DNA of 64,000 nucleotides from an uncultured Candidatus Saccharibacteria bacterium (GCA_964532425.1 CAZHIA010000002.1:169798-233797); one strand, 5' to 3'. Positions 43,269 through 53,789 are shown, counted from the stretch's first letter. Notes: a model not told the origin generated them from the letters alone. Program-made: numbers and translations.

Positions 43269-44135
43269 TTATTTGATTTTCACTGACGTGCCGCCTTTAT
43301 AGCCATAAGTTAAGCCGCGCTCATTTACGGCAATAATGTTGACGGGGATTGATTTGCCTAATTGTTCATATAAACTATCGGCCAATGTAATATCACGGCT
43401 CGATAACGCTCCGTTTGTAACAAATCCATTCCCAAGTTCGCTGTCCTTTGCCACGCTCACGCCCCCATATTCGTCAGGATGGTTGTGGGCCAAGTCAACT
43501 CTGAGCACTTGCTTAGATTGAATTACTTTTTGAATGATCGCATCAGTTACCTGCTGGGATACTTCTAAACCACCGCTTAAAGCAACTTCTTTTATTACCC
43601 CCTGTTCTGTAAATGCAGACATTTGTAATATTTCAGTAAACTTGCCTTTTCCGATCCTGCGTGCCTGGCGGCAAAAAGCTTGTTCTAGTTCTGTCGCGGT
43701 CCGGATATATTCCAACCATCGTATATCAAAAAATGATCTTTCAATCCGTTCGAATTGTTTTAAAAAATCGGGGTGGGCGAGTATCAGATCCATTACGTTA
43801 GTTCTTTCCGAGCCTACATTGAACCTTGCCATTTGCTCCTTCCAAAACTGTATTTTTAGCTGCAGTTCTTCTTCACCTTCCGCTATTGCCCGTTGCACCT
43901 GCGGCAAAACAGCAATGCTTTCCAAGTAGGCAATGCTGGCTGGTTCTAATTGTACGCTTTGCTCAGAACATAATTCTGACCAAATATGTTCCTTGATAAA
44001 TTCACCATTATCATAATTCATGCATACAGTATAACAAATGGCACCTTCTTGCAGAAGATGCCATTTTTGGAAGACAGGTTGGATTAAAAAACCTCTGTTT
44101 TTTGGATAGGAAATTAGCGAGAGGTGGTCTCCCAT
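43269..44135 (-). CDS. hypothetical protein
   Basis: 288-aa product immediately downstream of the HIT gene (stop and start adjacent). Confidence 0.55.
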   Translation of the reverse strand: MGDHLSLISYPKNRGFLIQPVFQKWHLLQEGAICYTVCMNYDNGEFIKEHIWSELCSEQSVQLEPASIAYLESIAVLPQVQRAIAEGEEELQLKIQFWKEQMARFNVGSERTNVMDLILAHPDFLKQFERIERSFFDIRWLEYIRTATELEQAFCRQARRIGKGKFTEILQMSAFTEQGVIKEVALSGGLEVSQQVTDAIIQKVIQSKQVLRVDLAHNHPDEYGGVSVAKDSELGNGFVTNGALSSRDITLADSLYEQLGKSIPVNIIAVNERGLTYGYKGGTSVKIK

Positions 44136-44783
44136 TTAAGAATTGAATTTTGGCCGATCTTGTTTGTGCCAGAGTTGGATGCAGTGTGTGTTTTCGCGAT
44201 TCCCTTCTGTCATTAAGGCATTGTTTGTGTGCATTTCTTTCCAATTTCCCCGTTCCGGTCTTCCGAGTGCTGCGGCAAACCGGTCTCTAAAAAACCTCGG
44301 TGCTCCTAAGCTTGCGTCCACAACCCACATTTGAGTTTCGATACTGAAAAACAGATATTGCCCGTCTTTCCGGTATAGGCTTTGGAGATCTTTAATGCTC
44401 GCAATCTCTTGCAATTTGTCGAGGCCTTCCGGCACGATCTGTAGCGGTGTACCTGAGAAGGGGAGAAGGTGTACGTGGGAATGGAATACTGTCTGCCCAA
44501 TTTTGCCGTGTTCAAAAGAGCTGACTGACCCATAATTCGACTTAATGAATTGCGAGACCTTTTCGTATGCTCCCATAAATTCGTTCAATAACTCTTCTGA
44601 ATATTCGCCCACACAGGAGAGGTGCTGTTTAGGGATAATCAAGATATGCCCCTCGGTTAAAGGGTGACGGTCGCAGACGATCCGAAGGTTTTTAGTTTCT
44701 TCGATAGAATCAATAAGGGTCTCCGAATGGGGATCGCAGTGGGGACAGCTGCTCTTGATGGCTTCCTCTGAAAGGTCTTTCAT
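44136..44783 (-). CDS. HIT-family (histidine triad) nucleotide hydrolase/transferase
   Basis: 'HSHVHLLP' histidine triad and 'CPHCDP...HILIIPKQH' are present. Confidence 0.7.
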   Translation of the reverse strand: MKDLSEEAIKSSCPHCDPHSETLIDSIEETKNLRIVCDRHPLTEGHILIIPKQHLSCVGEYSEELLNEFMGAYEKVSQFIKSNYGSVSSFEHGKIGQTVFHSHVHLLPFSGTPLQIVPEGLDKLQEIASIKDLQSLYRKDGQYLFFSIETQMWVVDASLGAPRFFRDRFAAALGRPERGNWKEMHTNNALMTEGNRENTHCIQLWHKQDRPKFNS

Positions 44784-44805
44784 AGTAAATTAGTTTTTAA
44801 TAGCT

Positions 44806-45744
44806 CTATAGAGCGCGTAACATTTGTTCAGGCGTGAGTCTGCCGGCTTGTTCGGCCCGTTCGATAATTTTTTCTGCCAATTTAGTACCATCGTATTTGG
44901 ATAATTTGCGCGGGCCGGCGTAGTCTTCGGTCATAACTTTTGCTATGGCTCGGCCGGTCAGGCGCCGGTGGGAAATTTCTTCGCCGTTGAGAATCATGTC
45001 GAACCCACTGGGAGACCTGCCTTTCCGAGAACCGAGTACGACTCCTTGTTTATCCATTTCGGCTTTTATGATGGCCTGGACCTGTTTACCAACTTCAGGA
45101 TCCGGTACGTACACGACCACGCTGTCTGTATTGCCCAGCAGAACCTTGAGGTCATCTGCAAATTTCATTTTAATATCGACTCCTAAGGAATTGGCGAGTT
45201 CTTCAACTCGTGTCTGTGCTCGCAGCAACGCGTCATAAAACTTGATTGTTTCAGACAACAATTCGTTCGGTTCGTCGTTGGTGGGGACAAAAGTGGCGTA
45301 TTCCTTGTATTGCACCCGTGCCTGTTCGCCGCGTGGTCCATGGATGGTGCGCGGGTAGCTCGTGTCCTGCAAATGAGGATTGCTGACCTGCCAAAAGCTT
45401 TCTCCATTGCCTTTTTCTCCCTTCAATCCTAGTTTTTCTCTGAACATCTTTTTTGTCGTTTCGGTGATTTTTTCAAACTGCCTTAACTGCATTTCCGAGA
45501 ATTTGGAGAGAATTTCATTGACCTGTTCCTGGGACAGACGAGTCTCTAAGCATCCTGAGACGTCTGCTGCCATGACCCGGTAGAATTTATCGGAATTAGT
45601 CTTTTCACCTGCTTTATAAAAATGTTGGATATGCTGCAAAGTCATATCTGCAGCAGGCTTGATAGATGCGGGAGAAAGCCCTCCCCGCGACTCTATCGTG
45701 TATTGCCTTTCCATTTGATTTCTGTACTCTGGCAGCATAGTCAT
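44806..45744 (-). CDS. hypothetical protein
   Basis: 312-aa product, first gene of a three-gene minus-strand cluster. Confidence 0.55.
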   Translation of the reverse strand: MTMLPEYRNQMERQYTIESRGGLSPASIKPAADMTLQHIQHFYKAGEKTNSDKFYRVMAADVSGCLETRLSQEQVNEILSKFSEMQLRQFEKITETTKKMFREKLGLKGEKGNGESFWQVSNPHLQDTSYPRTIHGPRGEQARVQYKEYATFVPTNDEPNELLSETIKFYDALLRAQTRVEELANSLGVDIKMKFADDLKVLLGNTDSVVVYVPDPEVGKQVQAIIKAEMDKQGVVLGSRKGRSPSGFDMILNGEEISHRRLTGRAIAKVMTEDYAGPRKLSKYDGTKLAEKIIERAEQAGRLTPEQMLRAL

Positions 45745-46003
45745 ATATAACGGATTTTGTGTGAAGATCGTACTGAGTAGACCTTCATATAAGGTTTGAT
45801 TATTAATAGCGTATACCCAACTTTTCTTATAATCAAGCGTCCTTGAAGGAAATTTGTCATGATGAACGAAGATGGTTTTTGGACAGCCGGTATTGCTTTT
45901 GATTTTTTTGTAAAAAAAAGACCTAAAAAGGCCAGTTAAACTTTAAGAGGGTGAAGCGGTGGGCACGTCGTACTTTCCGTGCCCACCACCCTCGGAGTAT
46001 CCG

Positions 46004-46393
46004 CTAGTAGTAGCCTTGGAAGTGTTCCAATGACGCCCAGAGGTGTTCGTCTATGACTTCTAACAGGCTTGACCTGTTCAGTGTCAAAAAATCCATGATT
46101 GCCGTACCGACAGAACACAATCGAACTGGTTGTCCGAGGACGGCCATTCTTTTCACTACCCCCAGAATGGTGCCTAGCCCGGCCGAATCCATGCCCTCCA
46201 AGTCTTTGAGCTCGATGATGAGCCCGTAAGGCTCAACATCTTTTTCTCCATTTTTTACTCGTTCGTTGATGGATGTGGCCAGTCCAGCAGGGTATTGGAA
46301 GGTGCCTGTTGTCACGGCTACCAAATTGAAGACCCCGCTGAGTGACAGCACCATTACTCGGCCGTGGTAAGATTCTTTTACTGCGAAACTCAT
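46004..46393 (-). CDS. STAS-domain anti-sigma-factor antagonist (SpoIIAA-like)
   Basis: 'LSLSGVF...DLEGMDSAGLGTILGV' matches the STAS phosphorylation-loop motif. Confidence 0.75.
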   Translation of the reverse strand: MSFAVKESYHGRVMVLSLSGVFNLVAVTTGTFQYPAGLATSINERVKNGEKDVEPYGLIIELKDLEGMDSAGLGTILGVVKRMAVLGQPVRLCSVGTAIMDFLTLNRSSLLEVIDEHLWASLEHFQGYY

Positions 46394-46601
46394 GATGACC
46401 TCCTTACATGTTGCGGTTGGGGTAGAAGTTATTGAGCTGCGCTCTGCGAGCGAAGGACAATGCTACTACCATTGTACTACCTCACGAACAGGCAATAATA
46501 TCATTTAATCGCGTATAGGTCAAAAGCAAACGGGGGATATGGTCTATTGTTGTTTGATCCTTTGGTCATAAGGTGGGACTAGGCTAATTCCTGCTGCGCT
46601 C

Positions 46602-46630
46602 TTGAAAAAAAACCAGCATTATGGTAAACT
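46602..46630 (+). promoter_or_regulatory. sigma70-like promoter (TTGAAA, 17-nt spacer, TAAACT) for the tRNA
   Basis: ttgaaaaaaaaccagcattatggtaaact, 53 nt upstream of the tRNA. Confidence 0.45.
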
Positions 46631-46658
46631 ATGAAAGCTACAAATTGATATATTTGTG

Positions 46659-46678
46659 AATTAACAAATTTGTTAATT
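46659..46678. promoter_or_regulatory. perfect 20-bp AT-rich palindrome (aattaacaaatttgttaatt) abutting the tRNA 5' end
   Basis: Read directly from the sequence; ends 4 nt before tRNA position 1. Confidence 0.4.
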
Positions 46679-46682
46679 ATCT

Positions 46683-46757
46683 GGCCCATTCGTCTAGTGG
46701 CTAGGACATCTGGTTTTCAGCCAGGTAACGGGGGTTCGATTCCCCCATGGGCTACCA
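46683..46757 (+). tRNA. tRNA-Glu (anticodon UUC), 75 nt with an encoded CCA
   Basis: Manual fold: 7-bp acceptor stem (G1-U72 wobble), D-stem GTCT/GGAC, anticodon stem TCTGG/CCAGG with loop TTTTCAG (anticodon TTC), T-arm GGGGG-TTCGATT-CCCCC, discriminator A, CCA. Confidence 0.85.
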
Positions 46758-48258
46758 TCGATTTTTTACCACCCGAAAGGGTGGTTTTCGATTGGAAGAT
46801 ATGCGAGATTTTTGGGGTTGTAAATGTTAAATAGTTGTATACCGGCTTTTCCGGAAAGATCAAACCCATAAGCTTTGTCTTTTGCCAAAAGGTTGCCTGT
46901 CTCCAGTAGTTCGGCAGTTGCTCAATAAAGTTAAATACGAAAGTTACCGCTTCATCGATATCGAATTCTTCCAGGCGAGTTTCCCGGAGTTGGCTCTCCT
47001 TGTCGGCGATCTTCATTTTGACCGCTTCGAATTCGGTTTTAAAATCTTCGTCCGAGATGAGTCCGGTTTTTACCAGGCTAAATACTTTGGCCTTTTCTAA
47101 TTTAAGCTCATCGATCTCAGTTCGCAAAGTTGCGTAATGCTGGTTAAGGTCCGAATACTTGCCTTGCCATACATCCAAAATAACTTCTTTAAATGCGTTC
47201 AAGAGATCTTTCTTTGGGGTGATGTCCTCTAAAAATTTAGCGAACTCCTCTTCCAGTTTGGCTTTGGGTACAGACTTTTTGTAAGCGCATTGTTTGTAAT
47301 AGCAGCGGTAATACGGATAGCGAACACCTAACTTACCCACGCTGTACATAGCCGTTAAAGGTCTTCCGCAATAACTGCAAATAATCATATTCCTTAAAGG
47401 GAATTCCGCGTCATGCCGGGCATTGGCAATATATTGGCCTTTGGTGTAATGTCTTAATAACTTTTGGTTTTTGTAAAAAGTTTCCTCGCTGATCAAGGCT
47501 TCATGGGTTCCCCGGAATTCCTTACCGGCGTATTCAATTACGCCCATGTAGAATTTGCTGGACAGGAACTTATGCATGAGCTGGGCCGTAATTTCGCCGC
47601 CTAATGGGGTTTTTAAGCCGCGCGCGGTAACTTGTTTCCTTAACTCTTCTTCCGTCCAAATGCCGGTGGAAAATTCGTTTAAAAGATATTTAACCAACTC
47701 GGACCGCTCCGGATCTAAAATGATGGTCTTTTCTCCGTTTGGTTTTGTAAAATTCAAATAGCCCAATGTAACCCGATGCGGAAAGCGGCCGGATTCGGCG
47801 CATCTGATCATGCCTTCCTTTACGCGCTCGCTTTTAATGTCGTTATCGAATTGGGCAATGCTGGCCATCATGTTGCCCATAAGTCTTCCGGATGAAGTTT
47901 CGTCTACCGGCTCGGTAGCAGATAATATTTGCACATCCAAACCTTTGAAAAAAGACTTAATTTGATAGTAGTCTTCCGCGTTACGGGTTAAGCGGTCAAT
48001 TTTGTAAACCACTATGCAATTTATATTGTTCTTTTTACTAGCGCAAAATTTAAGCATATCCTGCAAGCCCGGACGGTCCGTAGTTTTGGCCGATTCACCT
48101 GCATCGGAAAAATATTTAACAATTTTAAAATTATTACTCTCCGCGAATTTCCTACAAACTTCTTTTTGGTTGTTTAAACTAAATCCGCGTTCGGCCTGGT
48201 CCGAAGTGGAAACGCGATAATAAATTACAGCTTTTTTATTGCCAATATTTTTTATCAT
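46717..48258 (-). CDS. large serine recombinase (resolvase catalytic domain, recombinase domain and zinc ribbon)
   Basis: 'AVIYYRVSTSDQ', 'IDRLTRN' and 'CSYCGRPL...YYRCYYKQC' are present. Start set to the internal ATG (aa 16 of the ORF). The 3' 41 nt overlap the tRNA on the opposite strand. Confidence 0.85.
   Translation of the reverse strand: MIKNIGNKKAVIYYRVSTSDQAERGFSLNNQKEVCRKFAESNNFKIVKYFSDAGESAKTTDRPGLQDMLKFCASKKNNINCIVVYKIDRLTRNAEDYYQIKSFFKGLDVQILSATEPVDETSSGRLMGNMMASIAQFDNDIKSERVKEGMIRCAESGRFPHRVTLGYLNFTKPNGEKTIILDPERSELVKYLLNEFSTGIWTEEELRKQVTARGLKTPLGGEITAQLMHKFLSSKFYMGVIEYAGKEFRGTHEALISEETFYKNQKLLRHYTKGQYIANARHDAEFPLRNMIICSYCGRPLTAMYSVGKLGVRYPYYRCYYKQCAYKKSVPKAKLEEEFAKFLEDITPKKDLLNAFKEVILDVWQGKYSDLNQHYATLRTEIDELKLEKAKVFSLVKTGLISDEDFKTEFEAVKMKIADKESQLRETRLEEFDIDEAVTFVFNFIEQLPNYWRQATFWQKTKLMGLIFPEKPVYNYLTFTTPKISHIFQSKTTLSGGKKSMVAHGGIEPPLPG
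46733..46757. repeat. attL core: 25-bp direct repeat (3' end of tRNA-Glu)
   Basis: ggttcgattcccccatgggctacca, identical to 60362-60386. Confidence 0.8.
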
Positions 48259-48411
48259 AATTGCATAGTTAAATGCTAAAGGGGCGGCCCCTGATTCACC
48301 CAACTCAACTGTTCCAAAAGGAATAGCTTTGCTGGCAAGGACCGCCCCTAAAGGCAGTAAAGCAAATAAAAACCTTTCGGAACTATTTAATTGAGTGGGT
48401 GAATATTCATA

Positions 48412-48606
48412 TTATACCTCAACCCACCTGACTTCGACAAGTACCTCTACCCATCTTTTTTCGTCATCCAGCCTTTTCTTCTTCCAAAAGTCAAAAGCCA
48501 TATCAGCAATCTGATACATTTGCATCCGGATTAATTCGGTTTCTTCATCGGAAAGCTCCGATCCGGCATGGCCTAATAATTTTTTGAATTTTGTTAAAGT
48601 TATCAT
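48412..48606 (-). CDS. small hypothetical protein
   Basis: 64-aa product; its start abuts the upstream gene's stop codon. Confidence 0.4.
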   Translation of the reverse strand: MITLTKFKKLLGHAGSELSDEETELIRMQMYQIADMAFDFWKKKRLDDEKRWVEVLVEVRWVEV

Positions 48607-48607
48607 T

Positions 48608-49177
48608 CTAAAATCCGATCCTCGATAATTGTTCGAATAAATTATCCAGTTTTATTTGCTTCTTCGTAGGCTTTCCCCGGTAATGAGTTTTAGTTATTTT
48701 TTCAGATAACTTGCTTATTTTTTGGTCCAGTTCAAAACCTTTCAGAATGTGAGGTCCCCGGAATTTTTTGCTTAAGTTCTTTGAGGCATAAACCAGCCGC
48801 TGGCAATGCCTACAGCAGAAATAGGCACCGTTTTTTGCTTTGTAGAGTACTCCCACGCGCTTGCCACAGGCTATAACCGGGCATAAAAACCACCAGCGGA
48901 ATCCTCCGTAAAAACATTTTGACCGGGCAAGTGATATGTTATAATCAATCCGTTTTTTACCCTCCTCGGGGTATATGTCATAAACGATCCGGAGATGGGG
49001 CTTTTGTTGATTTTCAAAGCTTGTCTGGATCGCAGCCATAAATTCATCGGCAGACAGCCACTCGGTCCAGGTAATAACTCCAGCCTTCTCCTCCTTCAAA
49101 TATTTATGCTGGCCCAGCCACCAAATTGAAATTTTGAAAGTTTCAAAATTTGAGAGAGAAGAAGAGGAAGACCCCAT
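48608..49177 (-). CDS. hypothetical zinc-ribbon protein
   Basis: 'CPVIACGKR...CCRHCQRL'. Confidence 0.45.
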   Translation of the reverse strand: MGSSSSSLSNFETFKISIWWLGQHKYLKEEKAGVITWTEWLSADEFMAAIQTSFENQQKPHLRIVYDIYPEEGKKRIDYNISLARSKCFYGGFRWWFLCPVIACGKRVGVLYKAKNGAYFCCRHCQRLVYASKNLSKKFRGPHILKGFELDQKISKLSEKITKTHYRGKPTKKQIKLDNLFEQLSRIGF

Positions 49178-49298
49178 ATTTTACCCATTTGTGGTTCCAA
49201 AAAACCGAAATCATTAGAGATCACAACGGCGAAAAAGGTTTATTGAATAAATTTACTCATTTTTTGCCTTTAACACAGTGTCAGATTTGCTTTATTGA

Positions 49299-51488
49299 TT
49301 AACTCGATAACTCCCTTATATTTTTACATTTCTCGCTCATTATCCAGCTAAATTCATCGGTTAAGCTGATAAATTTTTCGGGTTCTCCCACGCTGCCAAG
49401 ACCGTTTGCCGATAGATTACAAACCTTAAGAATTTTAAGTGCTTCCATTTCTTTGAGTGCTGTGGGCCGGGAACAGTTCAAAGCCTCCATAACTTCCTTT
49501 GTTGCCATTATTCCCTTAATATCTAGCAATGCTCGAAATAGCTTGGCTCTCGTTGTTGGCGCGCTATCGATTGAAATTTCAATGACTAACTTTAAATCAA
49601 AATTATTAATCTGTCGCCTGCCGCAAACTAACGCATGACCCCGGGCCAAGTTGTAGAATAACTGGTTAATTCGGTCCGGTTTTTCTATTACTGGCTGAGT
49701 GTACTCATATTCATTTCCGTCCACAGATTTATCTTTCCATACATTAATCACGCCGCGAAGCTTTGCTAAAAGTTGCGCGCATCGGGATATCATAACTACA
49801 GTCTCCCGATCGTCCTTAGATTTTTCCCATATCACGCCCTCAGGATTTTTAAACCATAAAGTTTGAAGAAAATCTTTTGTAATTTCTCTGCACTGTTTTT
49901 CTTTTTGTTTGTACGACTGATCAATTAACTGTTCGGCCAATTCGGTTTCACTTTTCTCTTTGGACAACATTTTTAAGAAAAACAGCCTGGACCCTAAATT
50001 GCCCATCATTTTCCATACACGCGGCGGTATAGGAGTAGAAGCGGCCAAAAGCATAAAAAGGTATTCGCCGACATATTGTCTTTGCCCATGAACTCCGCTA
50101 TCCGTATTCAACCCTTCCCCGTCCAATACGCGCGTTAAGATGCCTAATGACTCGTTTAAGTCATCATCCCTTTTCGAGAATAAGGTTGCTAAATCTCGGA
50201 TCATAAACATTTTATATTTTAAACGCGGCAATAAATCGATGTCCTTTAATTCCTCTTTGGAGACATTAGCTGAGTTGGACACAAACGAAGCCGGAGTAAA
50301 TTTGTCCGTGGCGTAAGTCAATCCTTCAATTTCAGAGAAGAAGTTTATTGCGATGGTTTTTCCGGATGAAGGCACGTCCACAAAAACTAAAGCAAACGGA
50401 TTTGTAACATCAGTTATTAAAATTTGGGCCATAATGGATAAACCGACTTCAGCTGGAAATTTTAATTCTGGAAAATTTTTTATCACCACACTCTTCCAAT
50501 CCGGAAAGGCTACTTCCCGGTCAATTTTATCGATTTTTTTAATACGTGGTAGTTCTTCCAAATTTAAGATTTCCTTAGCGTATTTGCTGGTTAAGTCTTC
50601 AATGTTTCCATCCAGCTTAATTAAAAAATCCGTTATATCGCCGCCTGTTCCGACTTCTTTAGGCAAAATAACTTTGTACAAGCTTTTATGCCCGGCTTCT
50701 TTAAATTTGTATATAAGTCTTTCGGCTCCTTCTCTTCCTGCTTTGTCATTATCAAAACAAACATAAATTGACTTTACGTTCAAAAGATTTTTTACCCAGT
50801 CATCCTTAAATGTTCCGGCCCCATGAGTGGATGTAACAGCACTGATGCCCCGGCCCACAAGTGCTAAACGATCTAATTCGCCCTCACAGATAATAATTTT
50901 TTCCGTACTGAATGGCACTGTTTCCCAATCGTATAACTGAGCTTCCCCGGAAGGGTAAGTCACTTTTTCTTTGCCTTCTTTTGGGTTTCTTCTTAGTTTA
51001 AAATATGCATAATCCCCACTTTGGTCTTTAATTGGTATAGTTATCCAAGTCTTGCCATAAAAATTGCCAAACCCTAATTTATATTGCTTGATGACAATAT
51101 CTGAAATTCCCCGGTCGTTTAGATAACGCCTAATATCATCTGGTATATTAGCGTGGCAACTTTCAACTAGCGCATTATCAAAATTTACATTATCGCTTTC
51201 ATTGTATTTTTGTTTTTTCGAACTTGGCTCTTTCCAATTTAAAGCAATATCTTTCAGTTCATCGCCCCAAAATTCGCGCAATGTATGAATGTTCCCCTGA
51301 GTACCGCATTTTTTACAATCGTACTGGCCTGTTTTTTCGTCAAAATATAAGTGTGCTTCTTTACCGGAACTGTCTTCATCACAACCACTAAACAAACAAT
51401 GAGTTACAAGTTCACCATTTGCGCGCTGGTATTTTACCCCTTTTCTGTCTAAATATTCCTTTATTGTTATGGTTTCAAAATTTTGCAT
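49299..51488 (-). CDS. DnaG-like primase (CHC2 zinc finger plus TOPRIM) fused to a P-loop NTPase region; island replication protein
   Basis: Zinc finger 'HCLFSGC...DCKKCG', TOPRIM 'IIICEGELD' and 'CFDNDKAGREGAERL', and Walker A 'DVPSSGKT' are present. Confidence 0.75.
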   Translation of the reverse strand: MQNFETITIKEYLDRKGVKYQRANGELVTHCLFSGCDEDSSGKEAHLYFDEKTGQYDCKKCGTQGNIHTLREFWGDELKDIALNWKEPSSKKQKYNESDNVNFDNALVESCHANIPDDIRRYLNDRGISDIVIKQYKLGFGNFYGKTWITIPIKDQSGDYAYFKLRRNPKEGKEKVTYPSGEAQLYDWETVPFSTEKIIICEGELDRLALVGRGISAVTSTHGAGTFKDDWVKNLLNVKSIYVCFDNDKAGREGAERLIYKFKEAGHKSLYKVILPKEVGTGGDITDFLIKLDGNIEDLTSKYAKEILNLEELPRIKKIDKIDREVAFPDWKSVVIKNFPELKFPAEVGLSIMAQILITDVTNPFALVFVDVPSSGKTIAINFFSEIEGLTYATDKFTPASFVSNSANVSKEELKDIDLLPRLKYKMFMIRDLATLFSKRDDDLNESLGILTRVLDGEGLNTDSGVHGQRQYVGEYLFMLLAASTPIPPRVWKMMGNLGSRLFFLKMLSKEKSETELAEQLIDQSYKQKEKQCREITKDFLQTLWFKNPEGVIWEKSKDDRETVVMISRCAQLLAKLRGVINVWKDKSVDGNEYEYTQPVIEKPDRINQLFYNLARGHALVCGRRQINNFDLKLVIEISIDSAPTTRAKLFRALLDIKGIMATKEVMEALNCSRPTALKEMEALKILKVCNLSANGLGSVGEPEKFISLTDEFSWIMSEKCKNIRELSS

Positions 51489-51515
51489 AAATTTTTATTT
51501 CGTAGAGGCTCGGGC

Positions 51516-51761
51516 TTAAAGCATGTTCGCTATAGCCTGAGTTAATTCTTTTAAGCCTTTTTCATACTGGCCGGGATGCAGGGCGAATATTCCGGAGTGG
51601 AATTTTGCTATTGCACTTATTAATTTATAGCTATAGGAAAAATTAAATATCACTTTATATTCCTTGCTATAAATATCAATTACGCGAATTGGAAACAAAG
51701 TACTAAGTTTTACTGCTAACTGAAGATCGCTAATTGGATATAGATTCCCTTGTTTAGGCAT
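51516..51761 (-). CDS. small hypothetical protein
   Basis: 81-aa ORF, AT-rich. Confidence 0.35.
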   Translation of the reverse strand: MPKQGNLYPISDLQLAVKLSTLFPIRVIDIYSKEYKVIFNFSYSYKLISAIAKFHSGIFALHPGQYEKGLKELTQAIANML

Positions 51762-51974
51762 AAATTTATTTTTAATTATTAAAACCTACTTTACCCCGGG
51801 CTGGAAGGTATGGAACCAGCCAAGGATATAGTAGGCTTTGCATACCTTTTGCTATTTACACAATGAACTATAGCAAAGGTAAAAATGAGCAAAATTAATT
51901 ATCACAATTTTTTGGCAACCTCTGTGGATATAACAAAAAAAGCCTGTTTTTACAGGCCAATTTGTTGTACCTAT

Positions 51975-52961
51975 TTATTTTTTTGATAAATTTGCCTCCT
52001 TTTTACGAAAACTATTCCAGCAACTTTCGGAACAAAACTGCCGTGGCACCCCATTCAAAGCATGGATGTTATCCAATGAAGAGTGCTTACCACAACACTC
52101 ACACTTATTTTTTGTCACCGCGATAACAGAAGGGATTTCAAACGTCTGATTTTCCTTACGTCTTTCCAAATAACATTTTCTATTTTCTGTTTGGTTACAG
52201 AAACTTTCCTTTTTTATCCTTTTTAAACTTTTACCACATCTGCCACATATAGTGGTATATTTATTTTTGCACTCGCTTCTTAATAGCTCCAAATCTGAAA
52301 TAATATCATCGTACCCAAAGGAGTCAACTACTAAAGGGAAGTACTTAGAAATGCACTGCTCGAGAAATTGAACAGCCTCAATTTTATCTTTTGGGATTTT
52401 TTTGGTATGGATGTTTATGATTTCCAAAATTTCATCAAAAGCAACATTAGGTAAATTTAAAATTTGTTTTCTTGTAAGATTATATTTTTGGATAAAATCT
52501 CTTATCTGTTTATTTTGAAAATCCTTATATTTTGGTAAAAATATTTTTTCAAATTTGTTATTTAAAGACAACCCCCTGTCACTTAGAGAGCGTAAGCGTT
52601 TCAATGCCCGATATGTAAATAATTTTTTATACTTATCTGAGTGCGAATTTTCAAAAGTTGCAAGAGATTCCTCATCTGCTGTCCTGATACATTCTTCAAT
52701 TTCATTTGTTCCAAAAATAGCACGTTGGCTATCCTGCCTCATAAAATCAATCGGATCAACACCTTCAAATATTTGATCATCAAATTCACTTTCGGCTTGT
52801 TTAAATACAGCTAAAAGAATAGTGCTAACGCTTGCTCCAATTTCTAATAAATAAAGCAAATCTTTATGTACCAACTGGTCTTCGTATTGCTGCAATAAAG
52901 ACTGATAAACCCGGGAAAACCGCTGGTAGGTTTTTTGGTAAATGTGTAATGAATTTTCCAT
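51975..52961 (-). CDS. hypothetical protein with a C-terminal Cys-cluster
   Basis: 'CGRCGKSL...CECCGKHS...CSESC'. Confidence 0.5.
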   Translation of the reverse strand: MENSLHIYQKTYQRFSRVYQSLLQQYEDQLVHKDLLYLLEIGASVSTILLAVFKQAESEFDDQIFEGVDPIDFMRQDSQRAIFGTNEIEECIRTADEESLATFENSHSDKYKKLFTYRALKRLRSLSDRGLSLNNKFEKIFLPKYKDFQNKQIRDFIQKYNLTRKQILNLPNVAFDEILEIINIHTKKIPKDKIEAVQFLEQCISKYFPLVVDSFGYDDIISDLELLRSECKNKYTTICGRCGKSLKRIKKESFCNQTENRKCYLERRKENQTFEIPSVIAVTKNKCECCGKHSSLDNIHALNGVPRQFCSESCWNSFRKKEANLSKK

Positions 52962-53256
52962 ACCTTTTTCTTTATTTTACTCCCTATTTCCAGTTTGGGA
53001 AATTTGCTGTAAAATATAGGTACAATTGAATAGAGTAGCCTAAACCTTGCAGTAATGCAGGGCATGGCGAAAAAATCCGGATAAGAACAGAGACGGTCAT
53101 CGTCTTGCTTTACTTATCCGGTTATCATCCGAAAGGGTGGTAGGCCTATCCCGAAAGGGAAAAGCCATTGCAAGCGGTGGCCCTTTTTGTTATCCGTATA
53201 AAATTAATAATCGAAGTTTATTTTAGAGAAGCAAAAATAATTTTATTTAAAAAGGT

Positions 53257-53775
53257 ATGAAAAGAGAATTGTGGAATTCAATTTTAAACTCATTGCCAGA
53301 TACGAGAGCCTCAATCATTGCACCAGAAGATGTTGAGGAAGCAGCGGATATGCTAGATGCAGACAATATAAATCATCAAAAATTCTTGTCTAATATGGAA
53401 GCGTTTTTTGCAGGGCCAAATTTTAAAACGCGCGCAATTTTACGGGGACAAAATATTGAAGAAGACATGACATCCTCGATGAAATTTTTTGCCGGAAGAA
53501 TTGACAAAAAAGCTCCAGCAATCCCCATATGGTTTTACAGCGCTTACCCTGATGTAATGAACTGGTTTACCGAAAAACAAAAACAGCTAATTTCTTCCCG
53601 GGATACTGATTTCATAACGGCCGAAAATTCCAAATTATATGGTATAAATATTTCTGATCCATTATTAAACATACAGAATATTACAAACAGTAAGGGCGAA
53701 ACCAAACCAAAGTATTTAAAAAATTTGGTACACAATTTTAAGATTACGTTTGGTCAAAAACTTGAAGCACAGTAA
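53257..53775 (+). CDS. hypothetical protein
   Basis: 172-aa product; first of a plus-strand run of genes. Confidence 0.45.
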   Translation: MKRELWNSILNSLPDTRASIIAPEDVEEAADMLDADNINHQKFLSNMEAFFAGPNFKTRAILRGQNIEEDMTSSMKFFAGRIDKKAPAIPIWFYSAYPDVMNWFTEKQKQLISSRDTDFITAENSKLYGINISDPLLNIQNITNSKGETKPKYLKNLVHNFKITFGQKLEAQ

Positions 53776-53789
53776 TTTTGCTTTTAAAT

